Assembly: GCA_951406725.2 (NCBI GenBank)
Contig: OX597826.1
Span: forward strand, 53,444,001 to 53,508,000
Length of the DNA stretch: 64,000 nucleotides
Direction of reading: 5' to 3'
Source: Octopus vulgaris
Taxonomy: Eukaryota
This document shows, in pieces, positions 23,591-39,030 of the stretch. Position numbers and translations under genes: made by a program. Below the pieces are notes generated by a model, which made no database searches, was not told the origin of the DNA, and was given only the letters and a program-made list of their open reading frames with translations. How positions within the stretch are numbered: the stretch's first letter is position 1; the number at the start of each line of letters is the position of its first letter.

Positions 23591-23691
23591 TTACTCATTT
23601 ATTAATAGTCATCAATCATCTATCAATAGTCATCACCTGAAGAAATTTTAGGGGCTTTGTTTCAATGCAATAAATAATATTGTTATTATTA

Positions 23692-23738
<47 letters not shown>

Positions 23739-25714
23739 ATTATTATAATCATCATCATCATCGTCATCATTATTATTATTGGTAATAACAACAGCAAAAA
23801 TAATACACAGGTAGTTAGTTACACATGAGTAAAACACTGAGATCTAGACTAGAGAATGTTAGGAAACTGGATTTTTTTCTATTAATTGTGAAAGTAGTCA
23901 GTATCTTCAGAAGAACACGAAATGAAATTAATGGCATGGATCAAGCCACATGAAATACTGTTTTAGTTATTTATCATTATTATTATTATTATGTGTGTGT
24001 GTAATGAGAAGGTTTATAGTTGTATATGTTAATTAACCCTGAAAGAATAAAACAAATTTCAACCTTGGCATGGTCTGATCACTGAAATTAGAGCCACTTA
24101 ACTAAACACAATGCTGTATTTAGTGATTTAGTGTGGTGCTCTACTAACTGTGCTACATTAAAATAAATGATATCAATTGAGGAATATATGTACAAATTTC
24201 CGTCTCCTAATGTATTTAAAAAAAAAAGAAAGAAAGAAAACAGTGGTTTACATGTTAGGATACTGGCCTGTGTATCACATATGCCAAGTCTGCTACAGGT
24301 ATTTGTAGTATGTCTTTGGATAAAGTATAATACTCTACAAGCCAAATTCTTCTGTTTAACTGGAGAAAGAAACAGTATCATTTCCACTATATAAAACAGC
24401 AGTTGGTGTGTGAAGAAATTACAAAAAAAAAAAAAGAAAAAAATTTAAATGTTCTGTGAAAATATGAGAAAACATGTAAATATTCTAACTTAACCAACTT
24501 ATTTTAAAACATGAAAAGTAGTTTATAAAAAGAAAAGGAAAGAAAAATAACAAACATTCAGTGCTCGATACCAATGTATGTCACCTGTGAGTTTGGAAGC
24601 GGATTCAATTAATATTAACTTCTATCACATTTTTGGTACAAATCTGCTTTTTTTTTTTCTAGTAAAGAAAACAAATAGAATTGTGTGAACACTAGCTTCA
24701 ACATGAGAACATTTGTCATCAGTAAACCATCAATGTTACTGTGTAAATGATACATATCAACTGAACAAACAAAATAGTCAATACTAGAATGGAACAGATT
24801 CTTAAATATGTAGGCATTTTTCACACTGTAGGTGCATCATGTCACCATATGAGTTTTCTCCCCTGCAGTTGCAGGGCAGTGGCAGGGGAAACAATTCTAG
24901 AGAAAATGCAATGTGCTAAAGGTTAAAAAAATTAAATAAAAATAAAAAAAAACACAGGATACAAGACCATTGAAGAGAGTCTAAAGAAATTTTTTTCCAG
25001 TTTTATTTCTGTACTAATTCTTGCATAAAATAATTTTTTCCATGAAGATTTTTTTTTTAATCTTCTAGATCAATTATAATAAAATTGTGTATTCTATATC
25101 ATCTTTACTACAGTACATCATGGCAACTAGTTTTGAAATAAGAATTACGGATGAAAAAAAAAAAAAAAGTGACATTTTCTGAAGGTTTAATCAGAAAAGA
25201 AACAATAATCTTTTCACATGAAACAATTGTATATTTTCAGTAAATAACATTTGTTAGAAAGAACATGCAATATTGCAGCTCAGTATAAATATGTATTTTT
25301 TTTTCTCATTATGATAAAAGTGATGATAATGATGAAGATGATGGTGATAATGATGATTACAAAACAAGAATCTTAAAGAAGCAAACATTGATTGTTTTGA
25401 TAGTGTAGACTAGACAATTTAATTAATGAATGCACGGATTAATTTGCTATTTTCTCTACAATGTTAAATATCTTTAATATGATAATAGCTGGATGAAAGC
25501 CAGTTGGGCTTCAAATACATGGATTAAAAAAATATGATGTTTGCTTAAATTGCAGACTAATTTATTTCTTAATCTTGGATATTCATCATAGCAGTCACAC
25601 TATCCATGATGAACGACAAACAATAATTTAAAATAAATTCAATCCCCAGAATTACAGAGACAAATAACTGTAAATGAATTCATTGAAGCAGTACAGAAGT
25701 TAGGAACTAAATGC

Positions 25715-26135
25715 ATGGGCATCACAGAAGTGATGACAAGGGACTAAGACTTCTGGTGGTTTGCTGTGCTTGAGAAGACATGTCAAGCTAAGTAAGTTCA
25801 TGCCTGTCCATGTATATAGGCATGTCCTCTTCATCCCTCTCTCAGCCAAGAGATCCTAGTCTTGCAGGCTGTGGGTGCTGGTGCCACTTAAAAGTGCCTG
25901 TGCTGGTGTCATAAAAGTAGCTGTGCCTGTGCCACTTTAAAAGTGCCCATGCTGGTGCCACATAAAAGCACCTGGTACACTCTGTGGTTGCTGTTGGGAA
26001 GAGCACCCAGCCATAGAAACCATGCCAAAACAGATATATGGAATCTGGGCAGCTATCCAGTTGGCCAACTCCTGTCAAACTGCCCAACCCATGCCAGCAT
26101 GGAGTATGGATGTTAAAAGATGATGATGATGATGA
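25715..26135 (+). mobile_element. RTE LINE 3' end / family C, followed by a (TA)n array
   Basis: Homologous in reverse orientation to 5619-6150; ends in (GAT)n. Confidence 0.8.
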
Positions 26136-26137
26136 CA

Positions 26138-26216
<79 letters not shown>

Positions 26217-26229
26217 CACATATATACAT

Positions 26230-26331
<102 letters not shown>

Positions 26332-27089
26332 TACAATGTTATGATATTTCCCTTTCCTTCTCAGTTTGACATGATGATTTCTACACCCTTTATAGCATCA
26401 CATTTATTGCTTATTATTCCTAAAATTAACTAAAAAAAATGTACATTAATTTATATTTTGGTACAATTGTTAAGTACAGCACACAAAATTCTGTGGAGCT
26501 TTTCTTTTAAAAAAAAAAGAAGTTTTACCACCCCAAAACATTTGACCTTAGTTAATACATTCTATAATATATACATGAAGATTTCAGCAGCTGATATTAC
26601 GTTTGGAATAATGTGAAGTCCATGTAAAATCAATTAATTATTAAATTTTGCTGTTAATTATATTGATGATTTTAGTATTCAATATAAACTTTGTTAGAAA
26701 TAAATTAGTCTGTCTGTGTAGAACTATATGAATAAAGAATATTATTATAGCCAACAGATCTGTTGCTGTGTTTTTTCATATTTCAAAGATAATATATATA
26801 TATATATATATATATGTCTGTATTTATTTGAGTGTGTATGTGTATAGATAGATATAAATTTAAGTATCATTATAATGCCAGAAATCATCACACATATATA
26901 AACATACATGTTTACAGATTGCAGGAACACAGAGCTAAATCTCAGGGACAGATGTATTTTATATTAGGTTAGAGAATGTGCTGCACAATAGACTAATATC
27001 AAATATAAAAGGTAAAAAAAAAAAGAGGAAAAAAAATGTCAACAGAAACATAAATTAAAATCCAAAATCTGGTTTTGATAATCAGGTAA

Positions 27090-27960
27090 AAGAAAGAGGG
27101 AGTCTCTGTGTGATTGTTTACCCCACCAAAAAAAGCAATCGGATTCTCTCAGCTCATACTCTCCTCATCTTGGAAAAGGAAACACATTAGATAATGTAGT
27201 TTTAAATACAGAAGGTGAAAGGATGGCTGTAAATGGAATATGTTTGATCATGTCCAGTGAACTAGGACCAGCCTAAGGCTAAACAACAACAACAACAGCA
27301 ACACTAAGAAGTGAATGCATCAGCAGTGTTGGGGTCTGGTTGATTCCAAAGTTTTTAAAAAATTTTTTTTTTTTATAATTTCTTCAAAATTGGATTTTAT
27401 GCTATACTACTAATGTACCTCAACAATAGTACTATGACTTTCATATTTTCTCAATTTTGGTTATAGAAGAAAATTTGTTGCAATGACAATTGACATTTAT
27501 TTTAATGCTAGCATAGTACCAACTAAAAATATCAAGCTTTATATCTTAATCTTTCAACTTCAAGCTTTGCTTCATTGTCTTACTGTCTTACATTATTTTG
27601 CTCACCAGACTGTTCTCACCTTCCATCTATCTAACCAGCATCTATTTGTAATAATTTCTCTCTTCTGTCCTCTTAGTATGACAGCAAACAAAAAGAGACA
27701 TGATTTAGTATTTTATTTATAAAGATTCAAGTTTATCTCATTATAATGTTCAGTTCATATTGTTTTTGCTGTTGTTTAGCCCCAGGTCAACCCTAACCAA
27801 GTAGATCTATAATCAATTGTGTTCCAGCTGTGACCATCCTGTCATTTATTCAGTATTTCTAGGATTACATTATTTATCCAAAGACAATAAGGGTGTATTT
27901 TGAGTGTGATCTAGTGGCCATTTCTAGCAGGGTGAGCAATCACATGGAGTCTTCTTGTAA
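27090..27960. mobile_element. Two oppositely oriented diverged elements with (CAA)n tail (family E: ~27090-27300 and 27765-27960)
   Basis: GTTGTTTAGCCCCAGGTCA..GATCTATGATCAA-like motif, also at 13440-13530 and 36960-37180. Confidence 0.6.
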
Positions 27961-30195
27961 CAATATGTAATAAACTTGTTAAATGATAGGTATGAACAGA
28001 CAAGGATGCCTAGAAGTAAATCTAAAATAAGGAATTTTACAAGAAGTCGTGGTAATGAGATTCTTCAATAATAATAGTGTAGGTTTTGATTTTGCTTTGT
28101 CTTTCTATCAATGAATAATACAATTTTAATTAATTTCTATTATCTATAGTAACAAGAAATAGAATAAGTAAATGGAAGGAAATGAGGAAATTCCTTCTGA
28201 GTAAATAAATATGAAAAAAAAAGAGATGAAAACTTGTTTGATAAATCAAATGTTGGTTAGGGATTTGGTTCCTGTCATCTAAAATATTCAGAATTTTTCC
28301 AAAGATTAATAAACATTTTGATAATAAAAAAAAAATGATTGTTGATTGGTAACGATAAGAATTCCCTAAATATTTAATGATTTCAAAGGAAAAAAATCCA
28401 GTGAGATGTGAAACCTTACAATTGAAGATGTCATATATATACCTATATATATCCCTTCGGACATTATTATGTGGATAAGCCATTTCAATAAATAACTGAT
28501 ACTAGATGCAGATTCTGTTCGCTAAGTAGCCACCATACAAGTGCATCATATCAGAAATGAAGATAATGATGACGCTAATGACAATTATGACGATAATAAA
28601 TAAGAGCAGCTGTAGTTTTTCATTTCTGAATTAGGGGCAAGGTTTTCTTAGCTAATAGTCCATAATAAATTGATAGAAGATTATAAAGTTTTTTATACTA
28701 TTATCCTTATCTTCAGAAATGAAACATTTTTAATACCTACCTCTAAATTTTGTTTCGTTTTCTAATCATCATCAATAGTTTTATTTCTGGGTGTGTATAT
28801 AATATCAAATTGTATTTGAAAAGAAAACTTCACTTTTTAAACTAAAATAGTTTAGAAATACTGGATTCTGTTGGAAATGAGTTTGATACTGTGTACACAT
28901 TCAGGAACAAGACACTTGGTGATGATCAGAGATCAAACTGACTGAAACATGATATAGATGTAAATTTGAAAAAAATGTGAAAGATAATTAACTTTACTTA
29001 AGGCCAAGGTCTAATTAACCTCAACTAAAAATTAGGTTGATTAATCTGAAAAATGATAATTTTAACAACCCATTTCAGATATATACTAGTTTTTGGAATC
29101 TAGTCAGCTATACTTGAGTTAGCATGAGAGAAAAATTGCTTATACCAGGATAATCCAAGATCAACAACTGAGCTTTGTAATTCACTGCCTTTATATATTT
29201 TCTAAACCCAATGATTTATGAATGTTTCAGGATCAATTCTTCAAAATAGTACCAGAGTTAACCAAACAAGGATTCTGTGAAGACAGCAGTTTTATGAAGT
29301 TATTAAATCTTTGATCGATTACAACAGTCTTACTATACCCATAAACATTGGCATAATAAGATCATTCAACCTCACACCACACACACACACACACACATAC
29401 ATGCACAGAAATTGTGAAATTGTTATGAGCACCATGCAAATGCAGTCAATGAGGTTGAAGACGAAGTGATTATGATGCAGGACTTCCCTGTGTACACAGA
29501 GAGAACAATCAAAAACAAATTGGATATCTGGTATGATTATAAAGGATATAGTATGATTGTAAAGATACAATATATAGCTACTATTAACAGATACAGCAAC
29601 CCTTTCAAAAATAATATCTTTACAAAGAGTTTAATAAATTAATGAAATTTAAGGACTTCATCATAAAAATTTCAAAATTGTGGCAGATGAAAACAACAAA
29701 TATCTTGGTAGTAATTAAAAAATAATAAACCATTAAATTATTAATGGCTAATATGTAGGGAAAATACCTGGTAACATGAGCTGCACAAAATACAAAAGAT
29801 TGTCCTTACCAGCACTACCACATTCGTTGAAGAGCATTATCCACATTATAAACAAGTTAGAAGATATCTTATATAAATTCTGTTGATAATATTTCACATT
29901 TATATCATGAAATAGAGAAATTATGTGGAATCTCTTTTCTGTGATTGTAGAATAGTCCAAACCATGAGTAACCTGCTGGTTTGCTAATTACTGGATTCCA
30001 GTTGCTGTTTGGTTGATTTGAGAAATAACACAAAGAGTGTGCAAAACAGAGTAATCAAAGAAAAGAAACCCTCTGTTTATGCTTATTATTGTTCTGTAGA
30101 TATCCTGCAAGTTTTTATTTTATTCATTTTTACATAATTGAAAATTTGTTGCAGTTGTGTAACCCCAATCAACCTTGCATTGTATATATATGTTA

Positions 30196-30279
<84 letters not shown>

Positions 30280-30410
30280 TTTATATATATATATTTTAAA
30301 TATATATTTTAAAATATACCTGTCATGTATTGCTTTCCTTAAGTCTTTGAATGAAAACAACACCAATAACTAATAATAATAATGATAATAATAATAATAA
30401 TAATAATAAG

Positions 30411-30655
30411 CCAAAATATAGACAAATGGCTCAGTAAGCCAAGATAAGACAAATGGCTGAAGGAGATTGAAACAGAATGTCCGGTAGAGCACCTACAGAA
30501 AGTTTGTCTCTTTGGGACAGCAAGGATTATCAGGAGGGTTCTAAGCATTTGAAAGATTGCTGAAAACTTGCAGATACCTAAGGTCACAGGTAGTAACCCA
30601 CTATCCACCTAATTCCTACCAGGAATAAGATCGAACCTGAGCCAAACCAAAATAA
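30411..30655 (+). mobile_element. R4/Dong-like (RLE) non-LTR retrotransposon 3' end in (TAA)n
   Basis: KWLKEIETECPVEHLQKVCLFGTARIIRRVLSI* matches the LQKxxLLGTARILR terminus; flanked by TAA repeats. Confidence 0.8.
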
Positions 30656-30669
30656 TAACATTAATAATG

Positions 30670-30877
30670 ATTCTTTCTAATTTTTGACCCAAGGCCAGCA
30701 ATTTAAGGAGGAGGGGTTAAGTTAATTACATTGACCTCAGTACTTGACTGGTACTTTATTTTATCAACCCAAAAAGGATGAAAGGCAAAGTTGACCTTGG
30801 TGGTATTTGAAATCAGAACATAAGAAGCCAGAAGCATTTAGTCTGACATGCTAACGATTCTGACAGCCCACTGCCTT
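30670..30877 (-). mobile_element. Family B SINE
   Basis: Family B motifs, reversed. Confidence 0.78.
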
Positions 30878-30881
30878 AATG

Positions 30882-30918
<37 letters not shown>

Positions 30919-30971
30919 TAATAATAATGTACGTAAATGATCTAAAATACATACATACATATATATATATA

Positions 30972-31022
<51 letters not shown>

Positions 31023-32358
31023 AATGGTGATTGCAAGCGAGACGGAATATTTTTCAAAGGAAAAAAAAAAGATTATTTTCTAGTTTCATTTTCTTAATAA
31101 AATTTCTCATTTGCATTGAATAGAACAAAAATAAGAGAAACAAACATGAGATAAACAACAACAACAACAACAACAAAAAAGACCCAAAGAAAGTAATGAT
31201 GGTCTGCACCAGCAGACAATGTTTCTAAACTCTGCATGGTTTGTATACTATGGGGGGAAATATTATATTTTCAGTGCTTTCATAAACATTTAAAGAAAAA
31301 AAGGTATTTTTTTTTCCATTGAAGGGCTTTGCTTGACATATCAGGATCTTTGTCTCCCTAAAACAGACAAATTTATTCAAATTTGTGAGCTTTGTAAGAG
31401 GAATATTTTAATGAAGCTCTTTGTTAAGAATTGATTGGGTAAACTGAATAAAAGAAAAGACAGAAGTTGAAAACACGTAACATATGAGGTAGATGTTTAT
31501 GTTGAATGAGAATATGATATACAAAAAGTATTCTAATTTGCTTGAAGCATTGCAATATGTGTACATCAGATAAATGTTAGAAAAAAATAAGAAAAAATTT
31601 GAGCAATGCAGGTGAGGAGTTAAGCAAAATATCTAAGGTGATGTCAATGAATGAAAACAAGGAAAGATGTTGTTTGTATTATTTTACTTAAATTGTTTAA
31701 TGATCATATAATATTTTGGGGAAAAAATTTCCCTTTTCAAATAGAACAAAAAACAAACAAACAATTATGTTGTTATTAATATGGTAACACATAAGAATAG
31801 CCTGTCAATAACATGTTTCTCCAAACTCTTTTAATTACTTTATTCTTTCTATTTGGAAAGGGTAATTTTTTCCAAAATATTATGGGATTATTAAACAACT
31901 ACATCAGGTAATACTTTATCTTTGCTCCCTGTTTTCATTTATTGATATCACTTCACATATTTTGCCTAACTTCCCACCTGCACTGCCCAAAGGTCTTTTC
32001 AAACATTTATCTCACTTATAAATATGTAAAGGATGTTAAGAAATAGATAAGTATTAGAGAAGTAAAATGAGAGAGAATAAAGTTGAAGTGGGGTTGAATA
32101 GGAAAACAGAATATCAACAAAACAAGAAAGAAATACAACAGATCTTTTCCAAATGAAAAGCAATAATGATTTTTTTTATATAGGTCTAAAGCCTGAGATT
32201 TTCAAAGAGAAAAGAAATAGGAAGATGTGATGTGATGTTTAAGCCTTTCCCAAGGGCTTAAATAATATGGATAAAAAATGTATCCAGCTAAGAATCAAAA
32301 CTTGTTAATTGAAACCACCATGATCTCATCTTTGGGGATTACATCAATCATGATGCTG

Positions 32359-32409
<51 letters not shown>

Positions 32410-34112
32410 TCTTTTATTTGCTAAATGGGCAACAGATGAAGCTATATTACAAGGACGAATTCCAGAAGACAGTAGGGTGGTTTATACCTAATAAATTATA
32501 GGAGGGAAATGGGTGGGGTGTGAGGGTTGCGAAACAAAAGGTATATACCAGGTGTGAAATAAAGCAAACACTAATTATAGAACAATAATATCAACTAATG
32601 ATGTTAATAAAAGTCATTATTTACACTTATATATTTTCCTGTTTGATTTAATAATTTAAAAAAATGTTTTAATGTTTCTCAAAGGGATGGTGGAGGGAAT
32701 TGCAAAGAAAATAGAGAAATAGAAAAAAAATCTAAGTTAAGACAGAACAAAATGAAAAAAAAAAATAAGGAGATGTATCAAAAACAATTGTAAATATTCT
32801 TCTGGTTAGAAAATAAACTAACACATGAACACTTTGGCTTTGATGTTGTTTGTTGGGATTCTTTTTCATTTGGGGTTCAAAACTACATTAATTTTTCTAC
32901 ACTTCTATGTACCCCAACCCCAAGAAAAAAATCATTGATTGCTGTTAGTCATATATTATTTTGTTTTTGTCTCAGATATATCCTGTTGATAAAGATTCTG
33001 TAAGTTTGTGTGTATGTGTGACTGTAAATTATATGTGTGTGTGTGTGTGTGTATGTGTGTGGGGTGGAGGAGGGAGTGTGTTGAAAATCACATGAGATGT
33101 TTCATCTGCCATAATCAGTGAAAAAATTAGAACCTGTTTAAAGTAAAGAGTGAATATCTGTACAATAGTAAATTGCAGCATTTGTGAAACAGAAAACACA
33201 GCTGGACAGAGTCATGTCCTCGATTTCAAGCGCAAAAAAAAAAACCCAATATTTTTTTTTATTAATTTTTAAACTTTTTTTTTTTTGTAATTCTCAATGA
33301 CAACAAATAATGTTGTAAAATTTTGTTTAAAGAAGTTCCAAATCTGACTAAGAGCAAAGCTGAAACAAGGATCTTTTGATGAGAGAAGAATGCAATTTAG
33401 ACAAAACAGCAAAAAGAGCAAGCCGATAGCAAAGAGAAGTGAAAGGAAATATATTCGAAGTAACTAATATACAATGTAATTCGTCCAATTAGTCTCCAAG
33501 AAAACCTCATTTCAGCTACTATACATTTAAAGAAATTTATTTACATTGAGGGAGAAAATTAATTTACATTGGCCTTTTGACATGCTCCCTTCACCTCATT
33601 AAAATAATCAAACTGATTATTATTATTATTATTATTGTTTTAGATAACAATCTTTATTATATTACTTTGCTATATTCTGCACCAATTACTGTTGTAGAAG
33701 GACTGTTTTAGAAAGTGCAGTATTGTGCAGAACTGTAGCTGTTACATAGAAGAACGGTGGATCTTTAATGTTATACCTGTTGCAGCACTGCATAGAAATA
33801 GAGAGTGCAGCAACATGTTGTCATCGTTTACAGAGTCATTAGAGTATGTCATACATGTGCTTTTAAGGTCACACAGTCCAGAAAAAGATTGTTTTGCTAC
33901 AACAACATTGAATTGTCCAAAAAAATATTTAAAGGAGATTACGAATATAGTTATTATATTGCATCGTTAAAGATTAAAGGGTTAGCATCTAACCTGAGAT
34001 GATCTGAACTGATTATGTGCGTGCACACATATATATATATACATATATATACACACACGCACATTACATACACATCATATATATATAATTATATATGTTG
34101 TATATGTATAAT

Positions 34113-34179
<67 letters not shown>

Positions 34180-36089
34180 GCATATATATGTATATATATG
34201 CATATATATGTATATATATGTATATATAATGCACATATACATTTATATTAGAGTGAGGTTAGTTGATGGGAGTCTTATCCATTAATATGTACATTTTTTC
34301 ATTATTTATGTACACAACACACTATTTACATATACATCTGTGATCTGCAGCCAAATAAAATGACCCAAAAATAGACAATATATTCAATATATTGCCTGGC
34401 ATTACACAACATGATCCAGAACCTAGAATATCTATGAATAACTTTAGTATTGTAAAGTGATCAAATTTCAATAACAGACTCTGAATATCATTTTAAATTT
34501 TTAAATTCAAATGGAAAAAAAAAAAAAGAAAAAGTTTTGAAGGGTTAATTTTTACCCTAATCATTTTATACATCATTAAATAGAGATTAATGATAATGAT
34601 GAACTAATGATGATGTTCATGAGATTTTCAAAGTGATTTTAAAAAAGCAAATTGATTGGGTATGAAAAAAAGCCATTGACTTTTAAATGGAATCAGTTTG
34701 GTGAAGGAAATAGAATGATTGTAATAAAAATAATATCAATGAATGAAACATGAAACAGAATTTTTTTGGTATAAATGAAAATATAGGATATTTTATTTTT
34801 TCTGTTTAACTAAGATGCCAAGAGAATACATTATTGAGCTTTCTTTCAATGATAACATGGTTTGAATTGTGAATTGTGTTTAACATGATAAAGAATCTCA
34901 GTGAAAGTAAAATAATATAATTCAGAGAATAGTATATTTGCTTATATTTGAAATTAATATGATGGAATAAATCATTAGAGCATTATGAGAGTCTTTGGTT
35001 TTGATTTGTTATGTTTTTGTTCTTCTTTTTGAAGGAGATAAAAAAATACGGTTTGAATTACATTTAAGAAAAACTCTGGGAAATTTTAATGAATATACAC
35101 TTTCTGATATATTTGCCATTGGAAAAAGGAAAAAAAAAAGAGAGATAAAAAAAACAGACATCAAAGAAAAAAATGTATATTTCTTAAAGAATTTAATTCA
35201 TCAAAGAAGTAAAATAATAAAAGCAATTGTTTTAGAGTAGGAGAAAAAAGAGTTGGAATAAATAATTCAACCAAATTAGTCTTAGTGAATTATAAAATAG
35301 AAGTGTACGTTAAATAGAAATGGCATGAAGAAATGGTAGCATATCTTGGGAAAGGTCGTCTAGGTTCTGGATCAAATAATGAAGATGGTAGTAGAATATG
35401 GTGTCACAGTGTTGTTTGTAATGAGAGAAAAATAGAAGCATGCATTCGTTGTCAGCCAGAGAATCATAGTGATTCATGCCAGCCACTTGAAGATAAAAGA
35501 AATCTAGAGAAATAAATATATAAAACTAACTATGCTTGTTACCAAAATTGCCAACAGTCAGTAAAATGTCTCAGATCAGCCCAAAACAACAAAAAAAAAA
35601 ATCTTGTCAATATTTTTACTTTTTCAAAGTATTTCAGTGAGAAATTTAAATGAGAACCTCATCCCCAAAAGATTAAAAAAAAAAGTAACCCTTTTTAATT
35701 AAAGCAAAAAAATAAATTGGAATTTTATATGAAAACTAATTTTTTTTCTAAAAGCCTTCCTCCAACTGAAAAAAAAAAAAACCCAGAACTTAGTGTACTC
35801 TGAAGTTATGGTTTCTTTTTTTCTTTGATTCCAAGAAAATAAAACAAGGGAAATCAGGAAAGGTACTTAAATCCAGATCAAATTTACACACATGTACCAT
35901 TTTCTGAAATAGAGTAATCCAAAATTACACAAGTCTATGCTGACATAATCTTATGCACACATAGATGGAAATCCACATCTATCCATTTGTATGTGTATGG
36001 CTTAAGCATGCTTATATATACATACATACACACACATATATATATATATATACATACATACATATATGTATATATACACATATATGTGA

Positions 36090-36325
36090 AGGCATGTGGC
36101 CTAGTGGTTTGGCTGTTGTCCTCATGATCACTAGATTGTGGGTTTGATTCCCTGATTGGGTGGCACGCTGTGTTCTTGAGCGAAGCACTTCATTTCACAT
36201 TGCTCCAGTCCCCCTTTGATCAGGAGGGATTAATGGTGGCATTTGAAGGCTAAAACAATGCAAAAGTGCATTGTGACCAGTGATGTATAACATCTGATAG
36301 CTTGGTCAGTCACATGATCACGTGA
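36090..36325 (+). mobile_element. SINE family D
   Basis: TGGCCTAGTGGTT head, GTGTTCTTGAGCGAAGCACTT core; tail homologous to 59940-60040. Confidence 0.75.
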
Positions 36326-36399
36326 TATATATATATATATAGAACAATAGATAAATATATACATATAAATAAGTATATACATAAATATGTACATACATT

Positions 36400-36585
36400 C
36401 AAAATGTGACCGCATGTGTACCGTTGGTGATTTTTTTTCCTGTCTTCCCTTCTCTTATGTTTCCGACGAAGAGCTCCACTCGAAACGTTAAACCCTCCTT
36501 CTTTCCTGAGCATCCAATAATACTATATTTGTTCCATGTCCTCGCGTTGTTGTGTTTTTTGTGCTTTCTTGTTTGGATTAACTTT
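36400..36585 (+). mobile_element. Penelope pLTR-like relic with near-intact minimal hammerhead (36459-36493)
   Basis: GTTT-CCGACGA-A-GAG-ctcca-CTC-GAAA-CGTT-AAAC; embedded in TA-rich microsatellite. Confidence 0.65.
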
Positions 36586-37269
36586 ATATACATAAATACA
36601 TATATACATGCATATACATATATCTATATATACACATGCATAAATATATCAGTATGAATATATATACATACACACATCCATAAAGATGCCTGTGTGTATA
36701 TTTATGTCTGACAGAATATGAAGCAAATACATCATTGCAGTAACAGACTAAATAAAATACAAGAAACAAATGTCTATGTTTTTTGCTTGAATATTTAACC
36801 ATCACAGCCAAAGCATTGCTTAAAACTGCCTTTTCCTTATGTGTAGATTAAATCTTAATTACTGGAAAACTTCAGCTAATGATAAACAGCAGAGTCAATG
36901 CTAGATTGTTTGAATCTCTAAAACCAAATCTAAAACAAAGCTAAGTTACCATCATGTAGTGTTGTTGTTTAACCATGTGTCAGTCCTGACTGGGCAGATC
37001 TATGATCAATAGTAGTAAAACTGTGATCAATCTATCTTTTTTCCTCCAGACTTCTAGGACTGCATTATCTTATGCGTTCTCTCTATTTTAAGATGGGTAG
37101 GGGGAAGGAAAGGTGTAATTTGAGGGAGATTTGGCTGCTATTTCTAGCAGGCCGAGCGACCACATAGAGACTCCCTTTTCGTTTTTATAAACAGGTGAAA
37201 TGGAAACCTTTTTACTGTTGAGTTTGTTAATACTTTCAGCAAAGACGTTAGTACAATTTAATTATTATG

Positions 37270-37530
37270 CTCTGTGCCGGTGGCGCGTAAAAAGCACCAT
37301 CCGAATGTGGCCGTTCGCCAGCCTCGTCTGGCACCTGTGTCGGTGGCACGTAAAAAAGCACCTGCTACACTCACGGAGTGGTTGGCATTAGGAAGGGCAT
37401 CCAGCTGTAGAAACACAGCCAGATTTGACTGGCCTGGTGCAGCCTTCGGGCTTTCCAGACCCCAGTTGAATCGTCCAACCCATGCTAGCATGGAAAGCGG
37501 ACGTTAAACGATGATGATGATGATGGTGAT
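37270..37530 (+). mobile_element. Family C element
   Basis: Near-identical to 17800-18052. Confidence 0.88.
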
Positions 37531-38420
37531 GAATTAATAGAAGTGTGGCATGACTGATTGCCTCAGTCTTCTCACCCCACTAATATTACAGTGTGCCAGT
37601 CAATTTCTTTAGTTTCTAATATAAAATCAGTGTCCTGTCTAAAACTAGGGCTTCTTCAAAATCAGTGTCTCTTCTAATCCTGTGCTTTACCTGAGACCAC
37701 ACTATCTCTCTCTCTCTTAATATCTTTATCATTTAATACCAGCAAGACTCGCTTAACATTATCTTGTTGCACTCAAGGACACCGAATCACATTCTATACT
37801 ATTTTCTCAATGCAATGGTTCCACTGTGCATGGCACTATATATTATAGCAGTTACCAAACCAATATGCATGCGACAGTGGAAGTGGTGCACGACAGCAAA
37901 CTGGTGCACTGTAATATGTAGCTAGCTGCATTTCAGAAAAATAAAATTAATTTTAAAATATGTGTCTTTTTATAATGATGCTCTTTTTTTTTTCTTTTGA
38001 AAATAAAGAAATAAGTGCTTAATAATAATTTTCTGCAGTTTAAATTACTAATATTTATAGCATGAATACATAAATATCATTTTTTCCATATTTTCTTTTT
38101 ACACTATGCATAAAACGCTCCTAAATATTTTTTATTTGGCTTAAAGTATGCTACAACTAAAAACAAATGCAAAAAACAAAACTGAACCTAAAAAGAACAC
38201 AGCTAACAAACAATTTAGTGACTACTGTCTTGTCTCATGTAAACCATCGTGTCCTAGATCAATATCATTATGATATGAAGAAAGCTATAATGAAATCTAA
38301 TGTGATATTTTATAATTTGGTTATTATAATAATAAATTAAAATGGCTGTGTTGTTGTACATTTACTGAGTCACTGTATAATATAAAGTCATACATATAAA
38401 GCATCCTTCTTTCTGTTTTC

Positions 38421-38469
<49 letters not shown>

Positions 38470-38491
38470 CATCATCATCATCATTATTATT

Positions 38492-39030
38492 AAGGTGGCG
38501 AACTAGCAGAACTGTTAGGATGCTGGTCAAAATGCTTAGCAGTATTTTGCCTGTTGCTATGTTCTGAGTTCAAATTTCACTGAGGCTGACTTTACCTTTC
38601 ATCCTTTCGGGGTTGATGAAATAAGTACCAGTTATGCACTGGGGTCGATGTAAACGACTCGCCCCTTCGTCTAAATTTCAGGCCTTTTGCCTTCAGTAGA
38701 AAGGATTATTACTATTATTGATGAAGGGTTTGAAGTATGGTTTGGTTGAATGTAAGACATTATGGCTTTCAGGATTATGGGTGACTAAAAGTAGAATATT
38801 TATGTTTCAAAAAAAAAAAAAATGTGGTGAGCTGGTAGTCATTAGCACACTGGTCAAAATGCTTAGTAGCATTTCATCTGTCTTTACATCCTGAATTCAA
38901 ATTCTGTTGAGGTTGACTTTGCCTTTCATCTTTTTGGGAGTTGATAAATTAAGTAGTTGTCAAGCATCTTGATATAACTGACAAGCCAACTCTCCCAAAA
39001 TTTCAGGCTTAAGCCCTTAGTAGAAAGGAT
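38492..39030 (+). mobile_element. Two family B SINEs (38492-38705, 38825-39030)
   Basis: Family B motifs. Confidence 0.82.
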
